This document shows, one piece after another, positions 36,701 to 51,700 of a stretch of DNA of 64,000 nucleotides. Position 1 is the stretch's first letter, and the number at the start of each line of letters is the position of its first letter. The position numbers were made by a program, and so were the translations under genes. Source of the DNA: Vicugna vicugna (Eukaryota); the NCBI GenBank assembly GCA_013265495.1, contig MU058423.1, forward strand, positions 9,657,627-9,721,626, given 5' to 3'. The notes under the pieces are model-generated. The model ran no database searches and was not told where the DNA came from. It saw only the letters and a list, made by a program, of their open reading frames with translations.

Positions 36701-39700
36701 GTGCCCCTTTGCCACAGCATTTTTGTTTCACTAGGAAAAATTTCTCCGAGATCAGCTGTATGTCCTGAAGTTCTGCCTCCTTGTCTTAGATCGTGACCCT
36801 GGTAAGGGGATTGTTCTCACCATGCAGTCCTGATGGGCCTTTCTTAGCGGGCCGAGTCTAGGACACGACTGAGACCAGATTTTTTCCTCTAGTAGGAGAG
36901 ATGGTTGTATTAATTACCTACTCGGTATTACATAAAACTGCCTATTCTTTTGAGCTTCGAGGTTAAAGGTGAAAATCATTTTTTACTAATTTACTAGGAA
37001 TAAATGTAAAACATTCACATTGGTGTGATGTCTGGACTTCTCAACTCAGGGGGGAAAAAAAAAGGCCTGTGACTCAAATAATACTAAGATAATCACATGC
37101 TAACCAGAAGAGATGTAGGCTTAGATGCTGGTTGGATTCCGATGCAGGCTTATGGATTTTTCTGTAAGTCTCATAAAAACAGGAGCTAAAGTTAGATATA
37201 ACCAAGGAAAAACAGCCTTGATGCAGTAGTCTGTGGTCACATTTCCATGGGCAGTATCTTCTGGAGGAAAACACTCCAAGACAATTGAAATGGAACCATG
37301 GATGTGGCTACAGTAATTTCTGAAGGGTTATCTATCCATCCTGGCCTGCTGACATTTATTCTCCACTTTAATAAATGAACACAGAGCCAGTGAAACCATT
37401 TCAAAATAAATGCATGCTTCCACCAGAGCGAAGACAAAAATATACTGAAATGCATGGCATGTTAGCTCTCAAAACAAGGACTGTAACTGTAAATAACACG
37501 TTTTAGATACAAAGCTCAAATCTGGGTGTTGGATCAGTCTTTTGTGTGTGTGTAATGTAAAACTTATCATGTACCTGAAATTATACATCTAAATTATAGC
37601 TTTAAGGACTTAATATCTGTAATTAAATATAACATTTCTATTTGAAAAACAACATTTCCTTTCTTTGTGGTTTCCCACACCCACCAACGAATCTGACGGC
37701 TCTTCTAAGGAAAGAGTTGAAGTTGCAGCCTCCGGCGTTAATGTTGGGCTCCAGTCCAACCCCATTCCTTCTCTTGGACAGGCAACAGTAGAGAATTCCT
37801 TCCCCTACCATAATCTGCAAAGACAAGAGGGTGTTCAAAATGGGCTCAACAGGCACAGATGAGTTATAAGTTACCTCTTAACATGCCATCAATAAAATGA
37901 AGTGAAGATGTATCTTTCTTAAGAGCTTTAGAGATGTGAGCAATTCCTCCTGATTATTTGAGGAAGCAATGAGAAGTAAGCAATGAGGGCCCTGTAGCCA
38001 GCACTGGCTGGATCTTTTCTGCTCCTATAAACCAGTCAAGGGTGTGAGAGCATCCTGGCATTTTAATGTGGTTGGAGCACCCAGACTGTGGCCTTATGCC
38101 CAACCATAGCCCGTGACACCTAACTGATTAATCACATGGTAACTGATTCTGCCATAACTCGCAGAATCTTGGCATTTTATCTTTAAAAACACAAAAACAA
38201 GATGCCTAGGGGGGAGAATAAAATAAGTACCAAAGTTAGGATTCGAAACATTTTATCAGCAGATTATTTCAATAAACCAATTTGGGACTAAGCAGAAGGA
38301 TCAGCTCATGAAAAGCATGCATGAGGGTGGAAAGGTGCTATCTAAAGCAGAGCTAGCCACGAAAGTTTTCTGCCACGATAGATAGATTTTCTGCATTGTC
38401 CAATATGGTAGCCGTTGCTGGGCACTTGAACTAGCGCAACTGGCTATTGAGCACTTGAAATTTAGCTACTGCCATTGATGAGCTGATTTTTTAATCTCAT
38501 TTCGTTGTATTTAATTAATTATTTAAAATGTCAATCCACCAGATTTAAAATGAAATAGCTACATGTGGCTAGTAACTCTCTTACTGGAGAATGCAGACTG
38601 TAAGAGTAACTTCTGGATGAAAACACTCCAGGACAATTGAAATGGAATCGATGTGGTAATTTCTGAAGAGTTATCCAATCACACTGGGTAGTATTTCTTA
38701 GGTGTGAGATATTCAAAAACTGTATCTACAGTGGACAGAGAACAACACTGTGGTACTAGAAGGACTGTCATTAGATAAAGACCGGTGCTTTTGCTGTAGG
38801 AGTCTAAGACATTGGACATGAGTGAAGAACCTCAACATATTCAGGCATCATTTTCTTTAGGAAGTTTTCCTGACGTTGAATTACGTCACCTTCTCTGTGG
38901 CCCCCTTCGTATCTTTCCTTTCCTCTAGCGTAGCTTCATTAGTGTACGTCAGTTATTCATTTGATTAGCTCTCACTAGACCATGACCCTCTGAGGGAAGA
39001 CCATTTCTTTCTTACCTTTGATCCTCACTGTCTAGCACAGTGCCTGACACTTTGGGATTTGCTTTTGTTACCTTCACTGTGGGGTTCTCATTGGCTAATT
39101 AACTTGGGCTGGTAGTTATTCTGTATAAGGAAAGCAAGATTGGAAATTATGAGTTTTATTTATGCAAAAAATTTCAAATATTTGGGGTTACTGGGCCTAA
39201 GAGATTATTGTGAAATTAAAATTGATATGTGCAAAAATGTGGAGCTGATAAAAAATAGGATTACATGAGATATTGACAGCCCCTTAGATGTAAGTGATCA
39301 TGTCACTTTAAAGATTATAACCATGATTATGCGCTGAAACAGATTTTCCAGGGAAAACTTCCCCGTTCTCAGTACCAACTTAGCATTTATTTTACTAAGA
39401 ACTTAAAATTATGTTTTTTTAAACGAATCAAGTTAAGCTTATGATCTTCTGCTTTAAATGTTCGATCTGCTATATTTAGTTCTGCAGGTAATACGGTGTG
39501 TGTACAATTGTAAAGAACTTTAATTTATATAAAATAATTTTCTTAATGAAACTCTACCAATAACTACACATGTGTGAAAGTCTTGTGACATGCATGATAG
39601 ATTTCTTTATGGTCAATCACAAAGAAATAATCAAAAGGAATTTGTTCAAATCATTGAATACTAAGTTAATTATTTATACTTCTTGATAACATCATCCTAC

Positions 39701-42700
39701 ATTATTGCTTCAAGTTAGACATAGAAACACAATTGTTTCTATATTCCAAGCAGATAGACATGACGTGACACACCACACACAAGAATGATATAGCAGTTAT
39801 CTCAAATTCATCATTTCAAGAAAATTAACCACTCATTTCTGAAATGCATTCTGAATGGAATTAAAAGAGATTGATTTCACCTTCACTTCTTCGTGATAAT
39901 TCTGGGAATAATTTTGTTTCTTTCTTTTTAACTATATATGTAAATATTGATTCAGTCTTGTCCATGAATGCTAAGTTATGTAAGAACTGATTTGTTCAGT
40001 GCCATTAGGAAGCTGTTTCTTGTCATACAACACAACAGTCATTATCTCAAGTGACCTTGAGATTTCAGGAGTTTTATTTTAGTTGTTTAATATGCTCAAA
40101 ACTCACGTCAAGAGAGTGCTTTCACACTCCTTGGCTTGATTATAGATAGAGGCTTCTTGTCAGTATTTCGACATCACCCAACTCTAAGGAGCACATCAAT
40201 TCTCTCCTCACCTTCTATTCATTTAACCTTGAACCTATATGTCATTGCATGAATGTTCAAAAATGATTTCATTTGTTTTAAAGACACAATTCTCCTCAGG
40301 GGGAGGGGAGACGCCTCCTGATGTATTTCCAAAAGTGCCTGCTTGTTTCCTTGTTCTGAATGGCATGCTCTCGTGCTGCAATATGGTTTCAGGGATTAGG
40401 CGTTGACAACTAAAATTATTTGTTGCTGCTGTCATTTGTAAATAGCAAACAGTATTGCAAGTATGTTTTCACAATATTCTGTTTATGCCTGAAAAGAAAC
40501 AGCATCTTTTTTTTTTTTTTTTTTTTTTTTTTTTNNNNNNNNNNTTTTTTTTTTTTTTTTTTTTTTTTGCATGTCAGATATCATGCACAGGTTTTTGGAA
40601 GAGATTCTGAAGTGACTCTGCTTCAGCGGAGATGCAGAGAGGAAGCGTATTGCTTCTTATGTGGCCAATGCCCTCAGAAAAGCCTTGGAAGGGCCACCTG
40701 AAGGAGACCGCATAGTTTCCTAAAGCTAAGGTTACTATAATCAAACTTCGATACAATTTTTCTATAAAAGTAGATACACTTGTCCTTTAATAATATGTAA
40801 TAAAATTTTACTTCCCTGGAAGAGAACATAACACATTTTTTTATTCAGGTAGATTTTATGAAGATTTATGATAAGCCCAGATATTCTGTGTTGTTTTCCC
40901 TGGGAAATGGTCTCCAAAGGACTGAACAAAATGCCTTAACGTAAATGAAAGTTTAATATTAAGGATGACATTTTGCAATTTAAAAATGGACAGTCTCTGG
41001 GAAATAAGAATATGCATTTCACAGACGTGAAAGGAAGTTTTACAGTTTCTTGAACAACATCACGATGGCAAGTTATTTTTAAAACATCCCTCAAAGCATA
41101 AAGCACATCTGTGAAGCAAACATTAAATGATTTATACGTGAATGCCCGGATGGAAAAAATCAGCTGATCTTCCTTTTGTTCATATAAAGGTCAGACTATT
41201 GCCCGCATGAGGACTTTGTTTTGCTTTGTCTTCACACGGATGGGTGAAAGCAGGAAATGCCTCTCACACAAATGGGCTCTGAAAGCCATTCGCAAAGGAA
41301 GGATTCAGCCTGCCTCTCTGCCTCCCCCCAGCTCCATTCTGGCACAGGTGAATGCCACCATAAACATCAAAAGAAGACGGCATCCTTGAAAGTCAGAGAT
41401 TAGAGTCTGTTATTTGCACTTTCAGGAATGGGGTGGGGGCAAAGGAGATGGAGCAGTAGCCTACGTGATAAGATTAGAGACAGACACTTGGTTCTAGAAC
41501 ATGATGACTCCAGACACTATAGCACCAATGTTTTGGGAAAAGGCCTTAAAAACAGGAGGAAAAATGAACTTAGAAAGAAATTTAGAAGATACATGATGCA
41601 CGTTTGGAAAGAAAGGTTGTGAAAGACCGTACTTGACATCGGCAAAGCCAGGATTTGTTTTACCATCAAGTTATTTACTGAAAACCCAGGAAATCAGTGT
41701 GGAAGAAAAGAGTTGCTGACACCCTGGAATATCCTTAAGCTTTAAGTGATGTGGGGGACATCAGGGACCCTGTGGTGTAAATATTTCTCTAGTTTGCCCC
41801 TGGTTCCATTAAGAGCCGTGCAGCAGCTACGAAGGCCCTGTAAAGCCCCAGGAATTCAGGTGATCTTTGAGGAACGAGTTGGCCCTGGGCTGTCCACGTC
41901 AACTTCATAGAAGGGAGTCACGGTAGATTTGTTCCTTCACACCTCAGGGCTCAGGAAAGAAAGCATTGACCCAGAATCCCCCAGAAAGCATCCTTAATTT
42001 TATGCTGAGAATTTATTACTGGAAATGAAGGAGTCAGAGAAGCAGGAAGACAAGGAGGAGGCCAAGGTCATTGTCCTCAGGACCCGTAATAGTGTCAGCA
42101 AAGGGGTCACCGTGAAATAAATGGTGCTGGCCGGGACTGCCACAATTAGACGTGCTCCCCAGCCCCTTGGTAAAACACCCTGGGGAAGGAAGACTTCTGG
42201 GCATATAAAAAGCAAATTATTTAAATGATTAAGTATCACCACAGTCTTTTCAGCAGAGTCATGAACAACTGGACACTATTTTATCTTTTTACTTCAAATA
42301 TATCAATTGTAATAAATTTCTACATTACACTCCAAATGGGAGAAATGCTCTTGGTCTAATAGATTTAAAGCAAATATTCTTTTTGCTCCTGTCAAATGAC
42401 TGGATGATGTGGGTTTCAAAAATACATCTTTAGTGAAATGACCAGAAAATAGTTATTCTGACCAAGTATTCTGACTGTGCTTTAAATATGTTTTGTTAGT
42501 CTGAGTCCCAGCTACTTCCAAGTAACTTATTAATAGTTCCAATCACCCTGGAGTTACTGGAGCTCAAAGAACTCATTTATTGACAAAGTATTTTGACAAC
42601 TTTTAAGTACTATGGAAAATTAAGTTCCAGTTTTATCTTCTGAGAACATTTTATATAATTTATTTATAGGGTAAGTAGCATGTTATGATTATTTAGTATA

Positions 42701-45700
42701 GGGAAATTGAAAAAAATCCCCACAAATCCACAGTTATATAAAAGTACAGGTCTATGAAGAGACTTTCCTAAAACTGCTGATGTACCAAGTCAGAACAGAC
42801 CAATTCACTAGGGAATCTTACAAAAACTCCATTCAAAGACAGCTTTTTATTGAATAACCACTTCCTCTGACAATCATGAGCATGATAAAAGCAAATAAGA
42901 GTTCCTGCCATTAGAAATAAATATTATTAACCCTGCAACATGTTTCTTGTCCTTTGAGTAGATTCTGGGAGCATAAGATGGTATGAAGCTTTGGCCAGTA
43001 TTATCTATTCATTGATTTATTGAAAAATGTGTTATTCACATTGTATGTGTGTGTGTGTATATATATATATATATACACATATACATACATATATATATAC
43101 ACATATATATATACATGTATATATATATATATATATATACAACTACATTTTTTATCTAATTCCAGTAGGTTAGGGCAGTTCTTTATCTTACACATTTTAA
43201 AATGCAAATGCTTGTTCTGAATCTTTTTAATCCCACGTGGAGAGCACAGAGACAGGAATGTGAGTTGTGCCTTCTTCACAGTTGATGCTTGGTGCTCAGA
43301 ATCAATACAGAGTGCCCATCTACTCAAAAGGGAGAGCAACGTGCACTTTTGAGAAGAAAGTCTGTCCGCTGCAGATTTGTTTATTCCCTAGAGTTTTCCA
43401 GACTTTCAGATACAACGTGAACACACCAAAAATACATCAAGGAGGAAATGTATCGGAAAATTTTTTGTTTGCTTTTAACCCATTTATCACATACATGTGG
43501 TCATTTCTTCATTTTCTGGGACTGATCAACACAATTTGTGGGCAATTCTTACCGTAATTGCAGGTCCGGCAAAAGCCAAGCTAAGCAGCATGAGGAATGG
43601 AATTGCCTCCTGGGTGGGTTCGATGTACGGCATGCTAAGACTCCGGTCATAGCAGCTGAATCCAGAGTGCACAGGTTTGAAGACATCCGTGAGTTCAAGG
43701 AAATACAGGCTAACCACCGATGATGCCAATATCGGCAACTGAGAATGAAGGACACAGATCACCTTATTCTTGTACACAGGTCGTGCGTAGAATCAGTACA
43801 CCTCGAAGTGGGAAACAAGTGTATTTTTCGCCTTCTCTCACCCCGTCCCTCTGATCTCAGAGTTGAAACCATTCATACGTACTGTAGCGTCTGCCTTCAA
43901 AATAAATCTCCAGTTCATGTTCCTCTGTCACCAGCCTGCTCTGAACCCATGTGGTGCCTCACCTTTGCTCCTGGATTACCTCCTAAATGCAGTTCCACTT
44001 TCGCTCTTACCACCCCCACCTCACCCATCCATTTTCTACCCCAACATCCCTAATATTTTGAAAATATGTGAGGTCCTATCACTCCCTATCTTAACCACTC
44101 CAATAATCTCCATCGTACTTGAGTAAAATCCAAATGTCACATCATAGAACACAAGTTTCTACATGATCTGGCTCTTGCTTCTGTTTCTCACATCTTTTTA
44201 TACCATGTTTATATCACTTCCCAGCCCCCTACCCACTACAATCCAATTGGCCTTCACTTTTTTTTAATTGAGAAATAACTGACATATATTGACATATAAC
44301 ATATTAGTTGCAGGTGTACAACATAATGATTCAGTATTTTTATATATTGCAAAATGATCACCATAATAAGTTTAATCAATGTCCATCACTACACAGTTAC
44401 AACTTTTTTTCTTGTGATAAGATCTTTCAAGATCTACTCTCTTAGCAACTTTCAGACATACAATACACTACTATTACCTGTAGTTCTCATAGTATGTTAC
44501 ATCCCCAGGGTTTATTTGACTTATAAATGAACATTTCTAACTTTGGACCCCCTCTACCCTTTTTACCCACTGCCCATACCCCATCTCGGGCAGCCACCAG
44601 TCTGTTCTTTGCATCTACGAATTCAGTGTTTGTCGTTGCTTTTGTTTCAGATTCCACACACAAGTGAGATCAAATGGCATTTGTCTTTCTCTGACTTATT
44701 TCACACGGCATAATATCCTCAAAGTCCATTCACATTGTCACAAAGGGCAACATTAACTTCTTTTGAAGGCCGAAAAATATTCCATTGTGTGTATGCACCA
44801 CATTTTCTCTACCTGTTCATCCATTGGTGGACTCTTAGTTTGCACCCATGTCTTGGCTATTCTCAATAATGCCACAATGAATATGGGGAAACTTTTCCAT
44901 TTGGTGTTTTAGTTTTCTTTGGACAAACACCCAGGAGTGGAAATGCTGGATCATACGGTAGTCCTATTTTTAATTTTTTATGACTTTCCATACTGCGTTC
45001 CATAATGGCTGCATCAATTTATATTCCCAAAAGAGTGCACAATGGTTCCCACTTTTCACCACATCCTCGTCAACTCTTATCATTTCTTGTCTTTTTGATA
45101 ACAGCCATCCTAACACCTGTGAGGTGGCATCTCATTGTGGTTTTGATTTACACTTCCTTTATGATTAGTGATGCTGAGCGTCTTTTCATATACCTGTGGG
45201 CCATTTGGAGGTCTTCTTTGGAAATTTATCTATTCAGATCCTCTGCCCATTTTATAACTTCTTTATCTGTTAAGTTGTATGAATTCTTTATTTACTTTGG
45301 ACATTAACTCCTTATTAGATATATGATTTGCAAATATCTTCCCCCATTTAGTAGGCTGCCTTTTCATTCTGTGCTGGCTTCCTCCGCTGGGCAGTAACTT
45401 TCTAGGCTGACGTGGTCTTACGGTCTTCACTCTTTTCTGGTAACAGTCAGATTCAGTCCTATCTAGCGTTTCCTGCACTTGCTGCTGCTTCTTCCTTTTG
45501 TGCTCTCCCTTGGCTCTCTGTCTGACTGGCTTCTCCTCATCATTTAGTGACGATCTCCTGTACTCTCTAAGGTAACCATTGATCCACCCTTCCCCCCAAA
45601 CCCTCATCATCTAGCTTGATTTCTTCACGGCATTTACCATTAACTGAAATTACTTTGTTGATTTAATACTTCACTTACTTATTTTTCTTCTTCCTCCATC

Positions 45701-48700
45701 TCCCACCGAAATACAAGCTCCACGAAGTGAGAGCCTGCGAGGGTTATTTACTGTTGAGTCCCCAGGACATAGAATTGCCCCTGGCACATGGTAGGCATGC
45801 AGTACATCACTTAGTAATTTAATGAAGCAATAAACACTTGATGATAAAGGGCTAATTGAATAAACTAGTAAATATTAATTCATTACAATAGCTAGACTAG
45901 AGTTACTAGATTTAGCAAATGAAAATACAGGTCACTCAGTGAATTCCTCAGTGATGAGAATTTCTGGTAAGTAATAAATATTTTTTAGTGTAAGCATGCC
46001 CCGTGCAATATTTGGGAGCTACTTATACTAAAAATCATTTGTTGTTTATCTAAAATTCTAACTTCACTGGATGTCCGCTAGTTTGTCTGCTAAACCTCAA
46101 CTAGACACAATTTACTTTCTAGACTTTGTGTTTTGGTTTCAATTATTCATTCATTCAAACAGCAATGTGCCGGGTACTATGTGGATCCTAACTATTATAA
46201 GGCAAACAAGGCGTGGGCTTGGCTGTCAAGGATCATACGTATAATGAATTAAATTATATGTTTGCTCCCAACATCTTGTCTTCAGAGATATCTCTGGTCT
46301 TTTGAATTACTCAACAACAGAACTTTTTTTCGAATGTAAGAAATTTAACAGACGGTATGTGCTAGTTTTGGCATAGCTTTAGAACTGACATATATATAAT
46401 AAAATCACACAGACATCTTTTGACTGCATTTAAAATGAGATTTAAATAGAGATTTTAAAAAGTCTATATAGTCAAGCATTAGGACTTTTATTTTCTAGTT
46501 ATGTTGTAGCCAAAAAAATAGTGTGAACCATGCTACTTTTATGCAGCAATACAGAGGAGGGAAATTATCTGAAGATTAGGGAAATGGTTTTCAAGAAGAA
46601 AAGATTGATTCTTATAATTACCATCTGCCAGGAAACTTGTGAGTAAAAATAATAGAGCAATTTTTAAAGAGAAAATTATGACAGTTTTAGAGGACAGAGC
46701 AAACAAAAGAAATGTGTTTCAAGAGATGACATTTGCCAGATAATATTGATTTTTCTGATGCCAATTTGAAAGAGACAAATCTACAGCATACATCAATTTT
46801 AGAGAAACATTGTATGGAATCTATCATGACATTTTATCTGGGTCAGAAAGCTTACTTGTTATTAGTATGTTAATAACAGGAACACACTTTATTTCTCATG
46901 GGGGTGGTTCGCTTTGCTCCCAGCCTACAGGGAGACACGTCAATTCCATTCTTTTCCTTTTTTCATAGTCTTGATGAATTCAGAGTCCTCTGAGACACTC
47001 AAAAACTGGTGGGATCACAGTCACAAGGAATCATGTACCATACGTGATATTCATGGCTTATTTACTTAATCATTCAACAACTATCTATTGAGAGCCTACT
47101 AGCACTGGGCGTTGTTCTGGGTCCGGGGAATACAGCTGTGATCAAACACAAAGTCCTTATTCTGATGAAGATTTCATTCTTGCTGTAGAAGGCAGATAAA
47201 AAAATTCAAATTATAATATTATAAAGAAGATAAAAGAGGGGGCTGTGGCAACTGAGTGCCCAGTTTGCTATTTTAGACCAAAGAAGTCCTACCTAAGTAG
47301 GTGTCATTTAAACAGAGACTAGGATGGGCAAGAATGAACTAACCACATAAAAACCAGGTAAAAGGCAGAGTCAGAAGGGAGAAGTGATATATGATGAAGT
47401 CAGAGAGGTGGACTTGGGGCCAGACTTTGCACAGAATTACAGGCCACGGCAGGAGTTAGTATTTTCTCCGAAGTATGTTTGGAAATGCTTTGGAAAGGTA
47501 GAGTAAGCCTTGAAATATATTTTACTAAGAGATCGCTCTGGCTTTGGGGTTGAGAATGATTGTGGTGGGTCAAAAGTAGAAGCAGCATGAAAATTTAGTA
47601 GGCTCTTCAAAACCCAGCAAATACTTATCAAGTGCCAGGTATGTGCTGGGCACTGCTCTAAGTGTGAGGAACATAACAGTAAACGAAACAGAGGAAACAC
47701 CCCGCGCTCCTGACGCTTAACTGCTAGAGGATGCTTGGCAACTGCAGTAATCCAGGCACGAGACGATGACGGCTCTCGCTAGGGTGCGGTCCTGAGATAC
47801 AGAGAAGCTGGAAGATTCTGGATATAACTTTGGAGACAGAAATGACAGCACTTGTTGACGGGTTGGCTATCGGAGAGAAAACAGTAAAGGTTGATTTCGA
47901 GGACCTGGGGCTTGTTGGTGTCATTTACTGGGGTGAGGAAGGCTGAGAAATGCTTGAGTAGGAGGAATCTAAGGTTCTGTTTTGGAAATATTAAAACTGA
48001 GATGCCTCTTAGTTATCCAAATGGAGCTGTTAAGAAAAGAGTAAGACGCTAATCTGGGGTTTCTGAGGGAGTCCAAGGCTACAGGTAGAAAGCCGCAAGT
48101 CATTGATACAGGATGACTGCAACATCACCTCCACTTGCAGAAGAGCAACACTTGCTCAAGAAAGTTCAAAAGTTAAATTAACTTTTTGATTTGATACGAA
48201 TATATGTCATAAGAACCAAAGGAGGTAACTGTGTGTCTTTGTATCATTCATGTACAAGAGAGAATCTCAGAGAAAAAGAACATTTGTTATATTAATAACA
48301 AATTTTAAATGGGAGGCTGGGAAGCAATCCTGATCAGTACTCCCGCATCACATAAAATGTGACATTTAAAACATTTATATGTTTTATTGAAATGAAATTC
48401 AAACCAGAAGAAATATTAACAGATCAAAGTAATTTTATTAAAGCTTATGGCAAGAAGTAGGTTGCCACTGGTCAAGAAATAGGACAGAATTTTCCATTTC
48501 CTACAGCTCAATGTTTAATGACATTCCTTAGTATTTTTTGCCTTCTAGCTGATATAGATAAATGTTCCCTTTAAATATTGACAATAATAGTAATAATAAC
48601 AGAGTTTAGAGCTTTATGGTTTATAAAACTGTCTTCGCTCTAACTGTAGCATATTTGGATTAACTACAATCAACCTCAAAAATATGGTCTATAAAAAGCG

Positions 48701-51700
48701 CCTTAACACTTGCAGTGTCACTGGGAGTAGGGCAGAATGAGTCTATAACATTATTCGAGGTTTAGAAATCTAAACTAGTTTTCACAAATAGGATGGAGGT
48801 GGCTGATAAGACACGCACAGATACACATAAAAACGGGGCAGTGTGTTTGGGGGAAACCAACGCTGGCTTCAGAATCAGCAAAATCCATTCTCCCTTCATT
48901 TATTCCACTAGTTTCTGGGGTTTGGAGCAAGTCACTTAACCTTCCTGGGCCTTATTTATTATCAGTGAAAAGAGGGGCTTCTTACATTGCAGCTAGTTCT
49001 AAAATTCTCCAGGTGCTGTCACGATGTAAGAAGCATTCCTTTCATTTCTTTCACACTCTCACTACCATATATAATGTACTAGACTCTTTTTTTTTACTTC
49101 TATTTCCCCTCAAGTCATTTCATCCTCCACCATACTTCCAGGCAAATTTTTTTGGAATTCACATCCAATCATGCCTTTAATAGTGACCCCTAATTACAAA
49201 ATAAAGTGCAAATTTCCTAAAGTGACACTTTGACCTTTCATATTACAGCATCAATCTTCCTATCTTGTTTAATTTGGCTTTATACCTACTGTGCACTCTG
49301 TCAACCCACAAACAGCCTATGTCCCCATTACACTTATGCCCCAAAAAGGCATATTCTAGTCTTTGCTTCACATTACATTTTTACGTCTGTTTCCCACAAA
49401 AACTGTCCTCGTAGAAGTCGATATCACAAATTTTTTTCTCCCACAAGCCTTCCCCATGGTCTCCATTCACGACTGAAGATTCTGCCTCATGGGCACCATA
49501 TGTATCCTTATTGTAGCTCCTGTTATTCTGCCTTAAAGTGTAATTATTTGCATATTACTAGCCCTTCTCTTAAGCTCTGTTACTTCAAAGTGAGACCTTT
49601 GTAATTCACACAGTGTCTTGAATATTTTAGGTGTCCAGAAAATATTTACTGAATTAAATCAAAAGAAATCAGGACATTGCCATCAAATAAACAAAAAAAG
49701 TACAATTTCTTAACAATATGCAGACTGTGTTGAGGTTTTAGGTGCCAGACACTGTGCTAAGTTCAATAACAGTTCGCTGCAATCTACACCTTATAAAGCA
49801 TCTATTGGCATGCCCAATTTACAGATGAGAAAACTGAGACAGAGACAGGTCACAGAGCAGGTGAGTGGAGCGCCCAGATTCCTACCCAGCTGCCCTAGTC
49901 CAGGAAACATGAGCTAAGCTCCTTTGCTCATGGATCTCCACCCACTCTCCCTCCCGACATTGCTACAATGGCTGCGGTTCCCAGACAGGAAGAGGATGCT
50001 GCAGAGGGTATGTGCTGTTTGAAAAAAGCCACCCTTGCTCTTAATTCTTAAATACTCTTAAACAGTTCCTCTGCCAGCATCTCCTTATGACTCAAACATC
50101 AAACTGCTTCTCCAATCTAGTATCTCTCTTTTCTAGAGCTCATTTCACTTTCAGTTACCAAAAGAATTTATGGAGCTCCTACTCTTACGTAAAAAGAAAA
50201 GAACGTTTATTGACTTTTTATTTAGACATTTCCCCATAAATCACCTAATTTAATACTCACAACCTCCCTGGGGATTTTAAGATAAATTTTAAGATGAAGC
50301 CCAGTTAAGTTAAACAGCATGCCTGGCGTCTAAGTACAGGCCAGCCGTTGAAACCCGATCTGTTCCATTCCTGGAAGCACCAGCCCCACGGCACCTGCTG
50401 CCACTTTGGTACATGTCGCCATCTGGCACCAGTCTGGGGCTTTTCAGGAAAGGATAGCCCCAGGCTTCAGCGGAAAAGCCACTTTAAAGGACGGAAGTGA
50501 GAACAGGCCATGTGTATAAGGGGTTTCATGACACTAAGAGCGAAGGGGTGGCAGGCACTTTCAAATCATACTCCTCATTGTATAGTAGCCCACGGTCTCC
50601 GATGTTCTTCCCTGGGCAGTTTTCTCCAATATTATTTTAATTTGTTTTTTGTTAATATCAGAAGACCCCTTCATTATATGTTGGATGTGGTCTGCTTTAA
50701 TCTTCACTTCTGTTTCCCTTAGTCGAATACAAATGTCAGGAATAGGACACATCTAAAGCTTTCCTGTTGCATTTTCGTTAGACGGCTTTCTCCAACTGCA
50801 TGGAGGTGGCCCGCTGAATGCCTGTCACGGCAACTGCCATGGGTGGGCAGTTGCTCCTTTACTTTTCTCTCTTGCTCGATGGCAAGACCCTTGAGAGCAG
50901 GGGATTCTCTCATTCATATTTCTATCCACAGGAAGGACCCAACATACCAGGTATCTTCAGTGTAAAGTAAATTAATGCCTGGATGGATGATTTGAACAGA
51001 AATGTCAAATGTTTACACAATTCTTGTAGTGTAATTAGCATGATAAAAGAACAATCCCCAAGTAAAAAGATCCTTGTTTATTTCCACCATGGAAAACCCC
51101 TCTTCTGTGAATATCTAGAATTCTAATATTTTTTTAACATTAAAAAACACAAGAAACTCAAATCGAGTCCTCAGAATAGCAATGGTAATTAATAGAGAAG
51201 AGCAAACAGACCTAATATAATGTTAAGTTTAATGGGAAAATTGTGTCCTATGTTTTTATGCCCAAGTATAAATTACGTCTTTACAGCTCTACAAAGACTA
51301 ATTACGGTCACTCAGTGATCCAACAGTAAAGTTTAAAATAATGGTACATGGCTGCTTCATCACCTGAATATTGATCTAACATTAGGCTTGGGGTAGTAAG
51401 CTTTGTAGTCACCAGCTCTAACCTCAGGTCCTGATTTGCTCCTCTTATATAATTAGACACTGAAGCATGTGTATTGTCTTGGAAAGCATTTTGTTCTTTA
51501 AATCTAATTAGAGACTAAGACCTAAGGCTGGGGACTTGCATTTCAATTCTTAAAAGTACTTGCTTTGAAATTTTTTCTTACAGCTGTAATTTCTTTACCC
51601 TTAGAACATATACTTGTGTTTTAAAAATATGGTACAAATCAAAATTCAATGCTACTAATATTTGGCATGTACCATTTAAAGTATATACTTGACTTTTCTG

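Noticed and set aside
43001..43339. ORFs with YI/VY repeats
   Set aside because: Translation of a (TA)n/(TG)n microsatellite.
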